Of a DNA stretch of 64,000 nucleotides, positions 49,642 to 63,560 are shown one piece after another. The position numbers and the translations under genes were made by a program. A model generated the notes under the pieces. The model was not told where the DNA came from and did no database searches. It saw only the letters and a list, made by a program, of their open reading frames with translations. Source of the DNA: Sphaerodactylus townsendi. Taxonomy: Eukaryota. How positions within the stretch are numbered: the first letter of the stretch is position 1; every line of letters begins with the position of its first letter. The stretch covers positions 38,564,001-38,628,000 of the forward strand of contig NC_059429.1 of NCBI RefSeq assembly GCF_021028975.2. The letters are read 5' to 3'.

Positions 49642-51363
49642 TAAGCTCTTGTTTATTATTTTTGCCTTTTTCTGTTGCTTCCTGCATGCTTCTGCTCACT
49701 TTCGGTTTTCTAGTTTGAAGTGGATTTTTTCTTCTTCTCTGCAGTGTGTTGGCAAGTAGACTTCTTTCTTTCTCTTAGTTATTTTACAGAAAGAATAACT
49801 GGAAGTTAACTATACTTACTCGAATGCCTGCATGTGTTAAATGAGCTTTTTAAAAAGCTTTTCTAGAGTGTAACTGCATCTTGGTGGACTCTTAAATAGA
49901 AAATGGTTTCCCTCCACCTTAGTTTCTTATTATAAAACTGATAGTACTTATGACAGCTGTGAGAAAATGGAATGTTTGTTTCTAAATCACCCAGATAATT
50001 TGCAGTAATCCCCTCTCTCAAACTCTGGTTTATACCTGTCATAAATAACTTACTTGTTTCTTTCAAACATTTGATAGAAAGAGTGACTAAGCTGTTTCTC
50101 TACACATGCCAGTTGTATCTGATCAGTGATTGAGCATAATAACGTATGTAGAATGTTTAAGCATTCAATGCACTTTTTCACTAAGTGGGTACTGTAAAAA
50201 GAAAATTCGTTTCTGGTTGAATTCTCTGTGGAGTCTTATAGTTCCTTCTATTATTCTGTCAGACAACATTTTGGAGCAGTTCCAGTCACAAACTGTTATC
50301 AAAGAACTCTGACAGCCTCAAGAAGTGCTTAATTATTGACTTTGTAAAACATTTGTATACTGAGGATTTCTTTCATTAATCATGTAGCACACTTCCCATC
50401 ATTTGAGGTATAGCCATGGCCTCCAAGGCCCACAAGACTTAAGGTAAAGCAGGGGAAGAGTTTGAAGCTATTACTGCACAAAAAATTACTTGTTATGACT
50501 ATTGCCAGTTAGTGTTCAGCGGTACTGTAATGAAATACCAAAGAATTATAGAGAATTGGAGGGAGAATGGATACTTCAAAATTTAAATAGCATGAACCAC
50601 TATCCTGTCAAATTAGTACTGACTAAGAGCAGTGGCTCTCCAGGGACCAGTTTTAAAATCTTCTTTAGGTGGGTCTTTGGCATTTGTTTATGTTCTAGAG
50701 TTTTGTGTTTGAAATGTGAAGTGTAATCTTGGGGGGCCTGGCTGATTGGTGTGGCAATCAACAATCTGCCCAACCAAATAGGAGACTGTGATCATTACTA
50801 GATCTTGCAAAATCAGTGTTGTGTACAACCATGGAAACAGGAACCACTGATTGCTCCTGGGCTTGATTCAGTTTGCACTTCTGTCCCAGTCAGGGATGGG
50901 TGCAGATCCGCAATGAACTTACTATTGCTATGTATATCTTTACCCTAAGTGTTTCCTTTTTAAAGTATCTGATTTTTTTTTTGTTTTAATTCTTCCGGCT
51001 TTTAAAAATAATTCAGTGAAACTACTTCAATAGGCTCTTTTTTAGTTTCATTCTTAGGGTTGTATTTGAGAAGAAGAGTATAAATGGTTTAGTCTACATA
51101 TAAAGCAGAAGGTAGAAGGCTGAGGCAGTAGAATTGACTGTAGTATTTCCAGCTGTCTGGAGTTGGGGAAGAATTATATTTTTAATGTTATCCTAGATTT
51201 TTAAACTCCTGAAAATAAAATATGAGTACAACGAGGCAAGTTTTAGGCTATTGGCATGTTGTGCTAGCTTTCTACTTGCAGGGGATTGTTAAAAAGATCT
51301 TTGAAAAATCTAGTTCTTTACCTGAAGTCTTAAAGTTCTCTCTGTTCTACTGCCTCAGCACTC

Positions 51364-51978
51364 TGTCACTTCCTTCAACAGCGAGGGTAGACCGATGTCC
51401 TTTGCACCAGTCAAAAGCTAGGCCACAACAGATTTCTTAGTGACAGATTACAGAGTTCCAGTCCAAAGCCATAGTGTAGAAGCACAGTCCAAAATTGTAA
51501 TCCAGGGTCAGGTTCAAGAGTTTAAACAAGGCAGGTAACTGGTAGGATCAGCAGCAGCATTGCAGACATATTGATCCCAGACTGGCTGCAGTCTTATATA
51601 GGGGGTTGCTGGGCCCAATTCAGACTCCTCACAAGCTCAGTCAGCTCCACTACTCATGAGGAGTACAGGGGCCCAGATCCTGGGATGTCTTATCTTTAGC
51701 AGAAGGGTGGTTTTGGCCAGTGAGGCACACATTTCTGCACCTGGATCACACCTTAGTCCTAGCCCTTTGTCTCTTCTGCTCCTGAGGTGCTTCAGAGGGA
51801 CTGTAGGCCAGTCCATTCTGGAACCTCCAGGCCTGAGGATTCTGCTGCCTTAGGATTCCTTTGGGAAAGTGTTGGAAAGTCTGTCTGACTGGGAGGGTTT
51901 TCCAAAGCAGGGCTTGGGTGCAGGTTGTCCTCCTCCAAGAACTCCTCTTCCCTTGCTAACCCAGGACGCTCCATGACA
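51364..51978. mobile_element. Possible solo LTR
   Basis: TGTCA...TGACA termini and an internal CTTATATAG; TSD not evident. Confidence 0.4.
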
Positions 51979-52142
51979 ACCAGGGTAGTAACTGCCTTCG
52001 TAACTATAAAGTCATGTTGATCAATCACAGATAAGCCCTTCACTTGTAAAATAGTTGTATAATCTCTGTACTACTTCCTTATTCTTTATGCCTGGTCCAA
52101 TAAAATATCACTTTTATAACTGGGGAGGATAAAAATCAATTA

Positions 52143-53057
52143 CTCGTATATACTCATGTATGTCGACCCGCATATAAGCCGAGGCACCTAATTTTACCAC
52201 AAAAAATTGGGAAAACTTATTGATTCATGTATAAGTGTAGGGTGGGAAATGCAGCAGCTACTGGTAAATTTCAAAAATAAAAATAGATACCAATAAAATG
52301 TTTTTCAATATTTATTTCAAGAAAAATAGTATGGTATCAACAATAACTTTAAAAGTTCTGAAGTGGAATATATAACTCTCACAGACAGTATCTCTTCAGA
52401 GTTTCATAGGGATGATGCTCAACAAGATCCCCCTTTTAAACAGTCCCTACAGGTTCTCCTTCAACACGGATAGCTTATCATTACTCAGTGAAGATACTTG
52501 CGTGGTGATGGCAGTAGCTGCCCCAAAAGCAAGTCTTTTTTGCAGGTCTGCAAGCTGAACTGGACAGAAGTCCCACCTGCTTTCCACAAACACTGGGTGG
52601 GGGCCGAGAAAGGTGCTGGCAGCGGCTGCACTCTAGGGCATCCTGTGTGTGTGTGTGTGTGGGGGGGGGGGGATTCCTGCCACCATGGGCTCCAGTGGTG
52701 CGGATTTCCCAATGAGTATGGCTCCCTAGCATTCATGGAGCTTCCTGGCCTGAACAAAAATTCTGTAACATATACATTTAATATTCACACCTATTCACTG
52801 AATATTCACTGTGAATTAAGCTACTGGCTACCTGTAGTGCAGCAAAGCAACAGCCCAAGGCTTACCTGGGAGCTGCCTTTGTGTTCACATAGCAGGGAGC
52901 AGGTGCAGAAAAACACTCTCAGCTCCCAGCCTTTTTTCACTCGCCACCCATTCCCTCCACCCGCTCGCCACCCATTCACTTGCGTATAAATCGAGGGGGG
53001 CTTTTTTCAGCACAAAAAATGTGCTGAAAAAGTAGACATATACACGAGTATATGTGG
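52143..53057. mobile_element. Non-autonomous Tc1/mariner-superfamily (Tc2-like) element
   Basis: Degenerate TIR CGTATATACTCATGTAT / ATACACGAGTATATGTGG, TA at both flanks, subterminal TATAAGCCGA repeats. Confidence 0.75.
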
Positions 53058-55358
53058 TACTTTTATTTTAAAAATTGGAAAAAATTGTTTTTGCATTCAT
53101 TACCGGAAATTTATTTTAGTCTTGTTTAAAGTGTAATGCATTTAATGCAAATACAGTTTCTTAAAACCAAATTTATGGCCTGTTCAATAAAGGGCTGCTT
53201 TTCTCTGCTTTGAAACATCTGTAAGGGAAATACCTGGATGAGTTACATATATGTTGCTTAATACTGGGGGGCAGAAATTGGCAAATCATCACAGGTGTCA
53301 ACTCTTGAACTTTCTGGATGAACGTCTATTGTTTGATCTCTACAATAGGCTTGGTACTTTAAATGGCTATGATTCTGCCCACCAATAAGAGAACTTGAAC
53401 ATTTACCTTCTGTCTCATAAAGGACACTTCTCTGCTCAGTAACTACTATCAGCAGTAGCTTGCAGTTGAGATTTACCTGTCTGTGGGATGAGGCAGGGCA
53501 GTGTTATAACAACAACGAGGCAGACTGAACAGAAAGAAACACTGGAAATAAGTTCTGTATAGTAGTATTAATTCCTGCTAGCATCTATCTTCAAAAACCT
53601 TTCATGTCTTTTAGTTGTCAGAGACCCTCTTTTGGCCCATAATAGTTAAGATTACTAGAAGTATGTTATGCATTTTCTGATTTAGTTAAAATTGTTACAT
53701 TTTTATGAAACACTTTATGTGCCTTCCTGACGTTGACTAAAAGCCCCTTCAGTTTTAAATTAAGGTGTGTTTGTGGTTGTAAGATAGCATGAATATACTC
53801 TTTTATTTAGGAAGTGTCTAAATAATGAAAAAAAATAAGATATTTAAAAAAGCCTTTTTTCCTTGGCGACTTAACTTACCTTTATTGAGATCACCTTGCT
53901 TAGTTTTTTGGACAGATGGAGGTACGTGGTAGACCATGGGAATCAAACAAGTGGGTGGTGATCTTGAGAATATCCTCTTCATGAAAGAGGAGAAAGAAGA
54001 AATATGTTCACAAGGAAGAAGAAAATATACATTTTGGAACTGACATGAATTTGGGCTTCTGTCCAATAAATTCAAATGACTAGGGTTGACCCTGTGAATA
54101 ATTGAGGGACTTTACTTGCCACTTATCGTAGAGGCATAATGCTTTAAATATACCCAGTATTTTAAAATTTTATTCTTGCTGTTTATTGGACTAATATCAT
54201 TAATGTCATGGTCACTCATGGGGGTCCATATCTTTAAACCTTACTTGAATTGAGTTCCTAGGGCTTCTTCAAGCATTGGAGTTTATGCTGCAAACCCATT
54301 CATGTTTGTTTTTTAAATCAGTAAACCAATTTAACACAGTGATACTTATTTACAAATAGAACATCGATAGGAATGAACTGTAAGGTTTTTTGTGTGTGCC
54401 ATCCATGTTTAGTAGGGATTTTTCTGTTGTACAGTATCTAAGGCATCATTAGGCTTTTAATAGTAAAGCTGGTTTCTTTTTAAGTCAGAATATATTTATG
54501 TTGCTCTGTGATGGTATTTCTTTGACAGGGATTCCAGTCTGAACACTGCTTGAGCTGCTAATCCGTGAATAGATGATCCATGACACAGTGCCCATATCAA
54601 GTGGACTTGAGCTTACTGCCAAGTAGGGCAGCCGATGGGGATAAAAAAGAGTGAGGCTAAATTGTACAATGAACATCCAAATATTACTTTGGGAGAGATG
54701 AATAGAAGCGAATATGATCAAGGGTTTTGGTGGTGAACTGATACAAAAAGTTTCATCTAATGATGGAAACTGAGAGCTGATGTTGAAGCTTTGTTGTAAG
54801 AAAAGTGCGTAGTTAAGCTAAGGAAGATAAATTTCTGTCATATCAGTGATGATTATGTCTGTCTTGAAGTTTGTGTACTACAACTTCTGAATCAAGGTCT
54901 GCTTTAAAGACCAGATTATCAGGATACACTGTTAAGTTTTAGACTTTATTTTTATTTTCTTTGATTTTAAAATAAGTAAATCATATTTTTCTGGAATCCT
55001 GCCCAGGTGGTGCACAATAAAAATAGGAAAATTAAAAAATAATTACGTGCTTAGGTGCAAATGGAAAAGAAGAATGTGTTTAGAAAACAGGAAAAAATTA
55101 TGATGTTTAAACTGTACTCTTGGCTGTGATCAGTAGTTTACTATGTGCACATTTTGTAAAAGAAAATCTTGGCATTTTATGGTTTGTGGGTATTGACAGA
55201 AACAAAATGCTGGTGGTTGGTATTTTCAAGAAACTGCCAGTTCTCTTCCTCCTCCTCAAGTAATTTGGCTCTGTCATTTCTCTTGTTTATCAGACTGGAA
55301 TGATTCTTGCAGCTTAGCAAACTAGGCATCTTGAGTGTCATACTTTAAAATACCCTAA

Positions 55359-55693
55359 CAGTGGTGGGATCCAAACATTTTAGTAACAGGTTCCCATGGT
55401 GGTGGGATTCAAACTGTGGCATAGCGCCAATGGGGCTGGGCAGGGCACGACAGGGGCATGGGCGGGCATTCCAGCCGCTGCGCCGGTCCTTGGGCGGGAA
55501 ACGAATGCACGCAGGCGCAGGCTGCCACGCACGTCGGTGCTTCAAGTTCTGTACGCTACTGCTGAGAGGAGGGGTGTAACTGAGGCAAAAATCACATGGC
55601 AAAATCACCAATTAGTAACCCCCTCTCAGCACACACAAATAATTAGTAACCTACTCTCGGGAACCTGTGAGAACCTGCTGGATCCCACCTCTG
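55359..55693. mobile_element. hAT-type non-autonomous element
   Basis: TIR CAGTGGTGGGATCCA / TGGATCCCACCTCTG. Confidence 0.8.
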
Positions 55694-56265
55694 CCTATAC
55701 ACTCCAATTGGTCAGTTTAGTTAAACATGCCAACATTTTTAAATATTTGACAGATATGTATCTATAGTTCTGTCAACCCATTTTGATTAACTGCTATTCT
55801 ATAGCTCTAATTATGCCATTTGGTAATAGCTTCTTAAACCATCAGAAAGGGTTAAAAATCACTTCTTCATCCAAAATTAGGAGTTTCTGGCCACATAATG
55901 TAGTTTTGTAACTTGTAGCTCTTGAAATAATTGTTTTGCAATCACAGTAATTTTGCGTGATATTAAACATTTAAGAGCATCTTGTGTAGCATAGCATTCT
56001 GTTATATGACTAAATTATCTGCCTCTGGTACAAAGAAGTTCTTTGAAGTAGTTCACTGTATCACTGCATTACAGTATTGGAGGCAGTTTTCAGGCACAGT
56101 AGTTAAGCCCTCTACACTCTGTGCCTCACCAAGGTGCAGAGCAGCAACAGATGTGTTTCAGACAAGCTGTGCTTGTTAAACAGAGTTGGGCCTACTAAGT
56201 CAGTTGAGATCAATGAGCTTAGAAGGGCGTTTAGTATTGCATTAATTTAGGATTGCGCTAACACT

Positions 56266-56755
56266 GGAGAGCCAGCATGGTGTAGTGGTTCAGAGCAGGT
56301 GAATTCTGATCTGGAGAACTGGGTTTGATTCCCCCTCTGCCACCTGAGTGGCAGACTCTTATCTGGTGAATGGGATTTGTTTCCCCACTCCTACACACAA
56401 AGCCTGCTGTGTGACCTTGGGCTAGTGTGGTTCTCAACCTTCCTAATGCCACGACCCTTTAATACAGTTCCTCATGTTGTGGTGACCCCCAACCCTAACA
56501 TCCATTTCACAGATGGAGAACACTGATGCAGAGAGTCTTAGGCAACCCCTGTGAACGGGTGGTTCAACCCCCAAAGGGGTCCCGACCCCCAGATTGAGAA
56601 CCACTGGGCTAGTCACAGTTCTTCAGAACTCTGTCAACCCCACCTCCGTCACAAGTTGTCTGTTGTGTGGAGAGGAAGGGAAAGGAGTTCGTAAGCCCTT
56701 TTGAGTCTCCTTACAGGAGAGAAAGAGGGAGGGGGGAAATTCAGGCTCTTTTTCT
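56266..56755 (+). mobile_element. Squam3-like SINE interrupted by a SPIN MITE
   Basis: SINE head 56266-56426 and tail 56607-56755 join at GGCTAGTCACAG. Confidence 0.88.
56427..56606. mobile_element. SPIN-family (URR1-like) non-autonomous hAT element
   Basis: GTGGTTCTCAACCTTCCTAATGCCACGACCCTTTAATACAGTTCCTCATGTTGTGGTGACCCCCAACC ... GGGGTCCCGACCCCCAGATTGAGAACCACTG; TSD GGCTAGT(C). Confidence 0.88.
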
Positions 56756-57023
56756 AATAGTGGTTTAAACTTGTTGAATACTTTGTTAATCTGAATAGTG
56801 TTATTGGGCTCAAGTGAATTATATATATTGCAAGATTATTATTAGTCTATCCATATGAATACACTGCATTCTAACCTCAACATTCTGAATCTTATTTTTT
56901 TTTAAAAAAGACCTACTCTGCTGCCCAATATCAGCTGTTTTCTCAGAGCTAATGTATACAACACAAGTAGAATTCAAGGGTATCCTGAATCTGTAATCTA
57001 ATGTGGAAGCATACAGTCTTCTT

Positions 57024-57165
57024 TGTATTGTCGAAGGCTTTCACGGCCGGAGTCACTGGGGTGTTGTCTGGTTTCCGGGCTGTATGGCCGTGTTCTAGCA
57101 GCATTCTCTCCTGACATTTCGCCTGCATCTGTGGCTGGCATCTTCAGAGGATCCTCTGAAGATGC
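57024..57165 (-). mobile_element. Penelope-like element terminal fragment with a short inverted end
   Basis: 14-bp TSD CATACAGTCTTCTT (57010..57023 / 57166..57179); 32-bp perfect palindrome 57136..57167; squamate PLE-type GAAGGCTTTCACGGCCGG start. Confidence 0.85.
57109..57151 (-). ncRNA. Minimal type I hammerhead ribozyme motif
   Basis: Minus-strand RNA UCCU-CUGAAGA-U-GCCAGC-CACAGAU-GCAGGC-GAAA-UGUC-AGGA: both core boxes, stem II, GUC site and stem I UCCU/AGGA. Confidence 0.72.
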
Positions 57166-60030
57166 CATACAGTCTTCTTGACTGCTGAACTTCAACTGAC
57201 TGTACTAACAACTTTTTCTGAGATGGAGTATATCTTCTATTACTTCGCTTCCACCACCTGGTAATCCAAACACATTATCTGTAAATGCCTGTGACTTAAT
57301 AAGTGTAGTCAACACCCATGAATTCATCTAATTCTTAAATTGGCAGTACATTGGGGGTGGTTCTTATGATGATTACGCACTTCTCACTTCCACAATGTAC
57401 TGCAACTGAAAGGTTTAGTATTGTGAGAAATCTTTCTGGTCTTCGCATGCATGTCTCTCCGCATGCACGTCTTTTAGTCATTGTTTTGACTAAAAATCCA
57501 CAGCTTTTTCAGCCATTCATCATGAAGATAGTCTTCAACCTTTGGTTTATTGTTCTTTCATATATTTTTAAAGTTTTAATCCTGTTTAGTATTGGGCAGC
57601 CCAAACTGTAGGAAATATTCTGAATGGGGCACACAGTAGATTTGTATTCTGATATTGTAATTTGTGGTGGGTGGCTGTCTCCCACCTAATGTTTCCTTGT
57701 AGATTCATATGCTTCCTTTTTTTTCTTTTTTTAAAGGTTTTTTGGTGTACACCAAAGTATTTTCAGTTCTGGTTCTATTTTTTCCCCGGATACCAATTCA
57801 ACTCAATGGGTATATTGTGAAATCAGCATTTTATTTCTTTCATCAAGTTACTCATTGAAACTTACTTGGTATAATCAGCCACTTTGGCGAGATCCTTTTA
57901 AAAGACTTATGACTTCTTGGGATTATACCATCCTGAATAAGGTTGTGCCATTTGTGTTGGTACCTTACTGTTCATCCCTAAGTCCAAAACTTTTGTATGT
58001 CACATATTGCTGGTTCCAATCCACCCACAAGTAAATCTAGTTTGCTAGCTATAATTGTCAAGGCTATTAGGCAGCAAATCAGTAATATTAGATGAACTAA
58101 ATGTGGAATGCAATCACAAACGCCTGTGCTTGTACATGCTCGGACTTCTGTATGTTTTATTTGCCTTCTTTTGCTAATGTTATTTAAACTTTCCTAATAT
58201 CATTTAAATATTTAACTTATCTATTTAAATTTGAAATCAGAAAATTTTCTGATTTCACATTTTTCCAGAAATTCCAACACTGGCCCCACAGCACATCTTT
58301 GAATCCCGCTCATGCATGTCCACTGTTTCTTTTTAATTGTTTAACAATCCACAAAAGAACCTCCTATCCTATTGCTGTTAATTTTTTCCTCCCAAAAAGT
58401 TAGTGTGGCAAGATGATAGGCATTATTCTTACAGTGCAATCCGAGGGTGGGGGCAGAACCTCTCAGGAAGTAGCTTGACCCCAGCGCTGATATGAATGAC
58501 ACTATTGCTGGCGTAAGGGGCATTTGCATGACTGCAGAGGCGCTTATGTCCATGTTGGGGAGCTGTGTGTCAGCACAATGCCTGGCAGCAGTGCAGCTGT
58601 GATGCCAGCATTCCTCCAGTCCAGGGCCCCACATTGGAGCTAATGGGGCATTCCTGAGGGCAGGGTCAGCTTTAGTTGGCTTCCTGAGCCATTTCAGTCT
58701 GGGAACGTCCCAGTTTTCCAGTGTAGACGTGCACTGGCAAAATCAGTGGTGCAGCTCCTTGAGCTGCATAGATCACTTAGTCAGGGTGAAGAGACAGCAT
58801 TGTGACACAGCAAGCATCTTTACAGAACATCATTGCCTTTTGTAGCCACGTGAACTCCGCTGTTGATGAAACTTGCAAACTTAAATGTATTTTAATGTTT
58901 TTTAAATTTCAACCTTGTATGATATTTTTAAAAACCCTCTGATTTTCTTGGTAAAATTGGTCCTCCTTAAAAAGATTTCCACTTTTTAAATAAAAACTTA
59001 TTTTTGATTAACTTCCTGCATTGAAATTATATTACCGCATGGGTCATTTTTCACTTGCATATTTTGATGGTGCCAGTGGCATGATTTTAAAAAAATAGTT
59101 GGATTTTTATAAGTTCACCACTTTTTAGCTATTGCTCCCACTTGAGTTAAGAGTTGCTTTTATTTTAATGGTGCTTTCAAGTTTGCTCAAAGTGGAGTTT
59201 ATATCAGTGTTGCAGTTTGGTTCATGCCAACTCTGGTTCAAAATCTAGACAGTGCCAAATCTAGCATGTTCTGCTGTGTGTCTCAAAAGATTATCTGACA
59301 AATTATATATGTACAAAAGCCAAATGACAACATTACACATTCATCATTTTAAAAACCCTTGGAGCTGCCAAAATTCTGTAAGGTCAGCAGACTTTGGTAC
59401 ACCTTAAATCTGGGGGAGTTAAGGCAACACAACCACTTTAGCAAATTTGTATGTGGAGAGTCCAGATCCTGGGGGGGGGGGGCTGAATCACGGGCCTCTG
59501 CTGGTGGATTTGCCCTCCCTGGGGCACTTAGCCCAGCAGAGGGGAAAATCTGCCAGTGCCTGGATGCTGCAGGGCCCTGGGACGCCCAGCTGCGGTGCCC
59601 AGTTCTGTGTCAGTGCTCCCAAGCTATGTCAGTGTAGTGGGGGCATTCCTGGTGGTGGAACTGACCTTAGTTGGCTTCCACTGTCCCTTCAGCTCCCTTG
59701 CACCAGCCTCAAAGATACACCACATTTTCCGAGGTGTATATCTGCTTTCCCCTATGGGGGATTCTGGCAGGCTTTACTTTGTAACCTTTGAAGAGGGTGG
59801 GGGTGACACTGAAGCGGTGCTGTCCCTGCTTGCCAGCCCAGTCTGGATTGGGCTGTAATTCTTATTTAGAGCAGAATCAAGTTGCCTCACCTATCTAAGT
59901 CTCTCTTCTTGTCCCGATAAAACATGGAAGGCAAAACATTTATTGTATTTAGAAATCAACTTTTTCTGTTGAATTTGAATTTATTGCAGTTTTATACCTA
60001 CCCTATCAACTTGAGGTAGTTAGTCACCCA

Positions 60031-60084
60031 TTTATTATTATTATTATTATTATTACTATTACTATTACTATTACTATTATTATT
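60031..60084. repeat. (TTA/CTA)n microsatellite
   Basis: Direct observation. Confidence 0.95.
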
Positions 60085-60619
60085 AAAGGTTTGGGGAGAT
60101 GGGGAAGAATGCCTGTTAGAATTAGCTAGGCAACGTACCAGCCAGATATTGTCAATTAGCTGCCTATTTGACCTGGTCATATATTCTGTGAAGTTAAGTG
60201 CCACTGTATAGGTAGCAGGCTTAACACTTATTTCATTATGGTGTCACCTTATAGCAAGAGAATGAGTTGCAGAAGGTGTTGACAAACATAGCAGCTTAGT
60301 AAAGCTTCTCTTTCTGACCACCTGTCACCAGTGTAGACCTAATCCGTACAGAAAGACAAGTAGTCAGCAGTGATACAAAGTGGTTTAAGGTCACACAGAC
60401 AGCTTCACTTTTCTGCACTTGTAACTGCAAACTGCGTCTGGTATCAATAAATGCCGAAGACAAGAAACGTTAAAATATATTTGTAGAAAGCTTACCTAGC
60501 AATAAGAGTTGAAATAATCCATTACAATGTTTTTAATATTAGTGTATACTGTTTCACAGTAAGATTGCTTATTGATGCTTTTAAATTAGCATGAATGTCA
60601 CACTTGATTATGAGATTTG

Positions 60620-61022
60620 AGCCAACCTGATGTAGTGATTAGAGTGTCAGTCTAGGGTCTGGGGCAACATTCTCTGTAAACCACTGGCATGCAGACACTT
60701 TATTGTTGCCACACAGATCTGGCAGCCGCCGGTAGGGGGAGTTCTCATAGAGTTTTTGCAGGTGGCTCTGTGCCACTCAGTGGTAGGGAACTTCCTCACA
60801 ATTCTCTACCATGGTTAGAGGCACTATTGGTCTGGGGGACCATGGTTCAAATCCCCATTCTGTTATGGAAGCTTGCTGGGTGACTTAGGTCCGGTCACCC
60901 TGCCTGAGTCTGCTCTGCATAACAGGGCTGCTGTGAGGATAAAACAGAGGAGAGGAGAATGATGTTAAGCTGTTCTGGGACCTAATTGTAGAACTAGGCA
61001 AGGTATAAACGAGGTACATAAA
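60620..61022 (+). mobile_element. Older tRNA SINE split by a hAT-like insertion (~60665..60829)
   Basis: The A-box part and B-box part (GGTTCAAATCCC) are separated by ~165 bp flanked by GGTCTGGG direct repeats. Confidence 0.6.
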
Positions 61023-61105
61023 TATTTTGTGGTGCTCCCTGACCATTTTTGACAATAATTGAGTCATTGTCGAATACTGGTCATTTTTGGGATCATCAGA
61101 TGCCA

Positions 61106-61880
61106 ATTATTATTATTATTATTTATTATTTATTTAATTTGTATACTGCCCGATCCCCGAAGGGCTCCGGGCGGTGAACAACATTCACTACAACATCAAC
61201 AGGAGCGGTCGTACAAATATAAACACATAGGCTCCATCCCATAAAATAGCTTAAAACTCATAAAACAGCAAAAAACCATAATACATAATAAAAGACGTCC
61301 GACCCCAATTTAAAACCTACCCCCTTGGGGGGGGATGGCAGGACCCCTCAATATGAGGGGACCTCCTGATGTAATCCTCGCCTCTAGGGGGCAGGAGGCA
61401 GTAAGGGGGACATACTATGTCAGCCAGCTGGACACTCCAAAGGCCCGGTGGAGACAACACAGTCTTACAGGCCCCAAGGAACTGCACCCAGAAGTCCACA
61501 AGTAGGGGTCTGGACAACTGGAGGAAGGGTGTTCCCACACCAGGCCGGGGCCAGTGCCCGATAAAGGTCTAATGGCCCGCGTGCGGGAGTGCCAGCCCCA
61601 GCATCATAGAGGGGGGGCCGGGGGCCACCAGTAAGTTTTGCCTCACTGCAGAGGCGCAGAGGCCTCTAGGTTAGAGGACATATGGGGTGATTGTGATCCC
61701 GGTCGAGGTACGAGGGTCCCAGGCCGCGCAAAGCCTTAAAGGTCAAAACCCACACCTTGAAGATGATTCGGAATTCAACCGGGAGCCAATGCAGCTGTCG
61801 CAACACAGGCTGGATGTGTTCTCTGAAGGCGCCTCCTGTGAGCAGGCGTGCTGCCGCATGTTGGACCAGTTCCTGGTCTC
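61106..61880 (-). mobile_element. L2-type LINE 3' portion
   Basis: (TAA)n tail on the minus strand, terminal hairpin GCCCGATCCCCGAAGGGCTCCGGGCGG, CpG-rich ORF2 remnant. Confidence 0.7.
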
Positions 61881-63271
61881 GATTACTATTTAAGAGGCAG
61901 AAATGGCAATTTATCTATGTAACCTCCCCATTATATTTTGACAACCAGGAAAGTTGATTCTCAGGTACAGTTTGTTCAGTTGATGGTATCGAAAGATGAA
62001 CTTGCCAACTGCAGGACTTTCTGTGACTGTGCAGTATATTAATGTTGACATGCATATTGATTGGGTGAGAGTATTGAGACTTTATTCTGGCTTGCATAAA
62101 GAGAACCATGTTTTTGTTTTTCTTGCAATTTTTAAACCGCTTTGGAAGAAGTTTGTTTCTGCCCTCTTCCGGCCTATTTTTAGAAATTATATGTCAACCA
62201 CTCATGAGTTAAGCATTCTAATTGATCATGTCCAGATTTCTGCAAATTTAAAAAAATTCAGGGTCCAAAACTGCATTGAAGCTTTATTCATCTAAATATT
62301 ATGATATATTCTCATCACTCCTAATAATGTGATGGTAAATGATGGATACCTTGTTTTTGGTATCAGCATTACTAACTCACATTTACGTTTGTTCTGCAAC
62401 TTCCGAATCTCCATTGCCAGCTATTTTAACACTGCAATGTAACTGTGCCAAGTCCAATTAAATATTTTATGATTAAGCATCAGAAACTGTCTTGCCTAGA
62501 AAAAGAAATTGCACTTGTATGCTTTCTAATGAAAACAAAAAGCTGAATGGGCCAACTGTTCTTGCACTTTAAAGGTGCTTAACTGCCTGAACATGATTCT
62601 TCATCTTAGAAGTATCTCTTAAAATAGAAAACTTTTCTCTGTTTTAATACTTACCTTGTAATACAGGTATGAGGAATAAAGCAGAAAATATGATTGGCAA
62701 ATGCAGGACTGACTTAGAACTTGTAACTAATTAATGACTTGAGAACTGGCAACTGGCTTATTCTCCAAAAAGAATGGTAACTCTTGTTCTATTCTTTGCA
62801 AGCAGATCTAGACTTGGCATATCATACTTGACTGACTAATGCACAATAGGCTTTTACTTGGCTAGCATGTTCTTCAGTTGGTCTGTATCTGTTTCAGTCT
62901 GAGGTTGCTCTTTAGAGCTTTACCTCCTTGTGTTTCTGCTGTTCTCTCCTGTGAGGTTTTCTAGGTCTCCAGTCTTGCAGGTGTTCTTTCAACAGGGACT
63001 CTTTGAACAGCTGCAGAAGTAGCTTTTAGAGAATTTTGCAGTGTTCAGCATGTATCCTTAACAAGGAGACTCTGGATTAATTTATTAAAACATGTTTCCA
63101 TAGAGCAAGTACCTGCTTTTGTAATGCCTTTTTTGCCTTTGAGGGTTACACGTACCAACAATACTGAGATGACAAGCCATAATTATATTAAAGTTGAAAG
63201 TTCCTCTGAGTCTGAACTGAGAGTAAAACACAGGAAAGATTCTAAGACAATAGAGCATGCATAATGTTTTA

Positions 63272-63560
63272 AGAGCAGCAGTGGTGTTGTGGTTAAGAGC
63301 AGGTGCATTCTAATCTGGAGAAACCAGGTTTGATTCCCCGCTCTGCCGCTTGAGCTGTGGAGGCTTATCTGGGGAATTCAGATTAGCCTGTGCACTTGGC
63401 AGCTGAGTGACTTTGGGCTAGTCACAGTTCTTCTGAGCTCTCTCAGCCCTACCTACCTCACAGGGTGTTTGTTGTGGGAGGTGGAGGGAAAGGAGATTGT
63501 CAGCCCCTTTGAGTCTCCTTACAGGAGCGAAAGGGAGGATATAAATCCAAACTCTTCTTC
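63272..63560 (+). mobile_element. Squam3-like tRNA-derived SINE
   Basis: A/B boxes, same body as 4216..4543, CTT tail. Confidence 0.88.
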
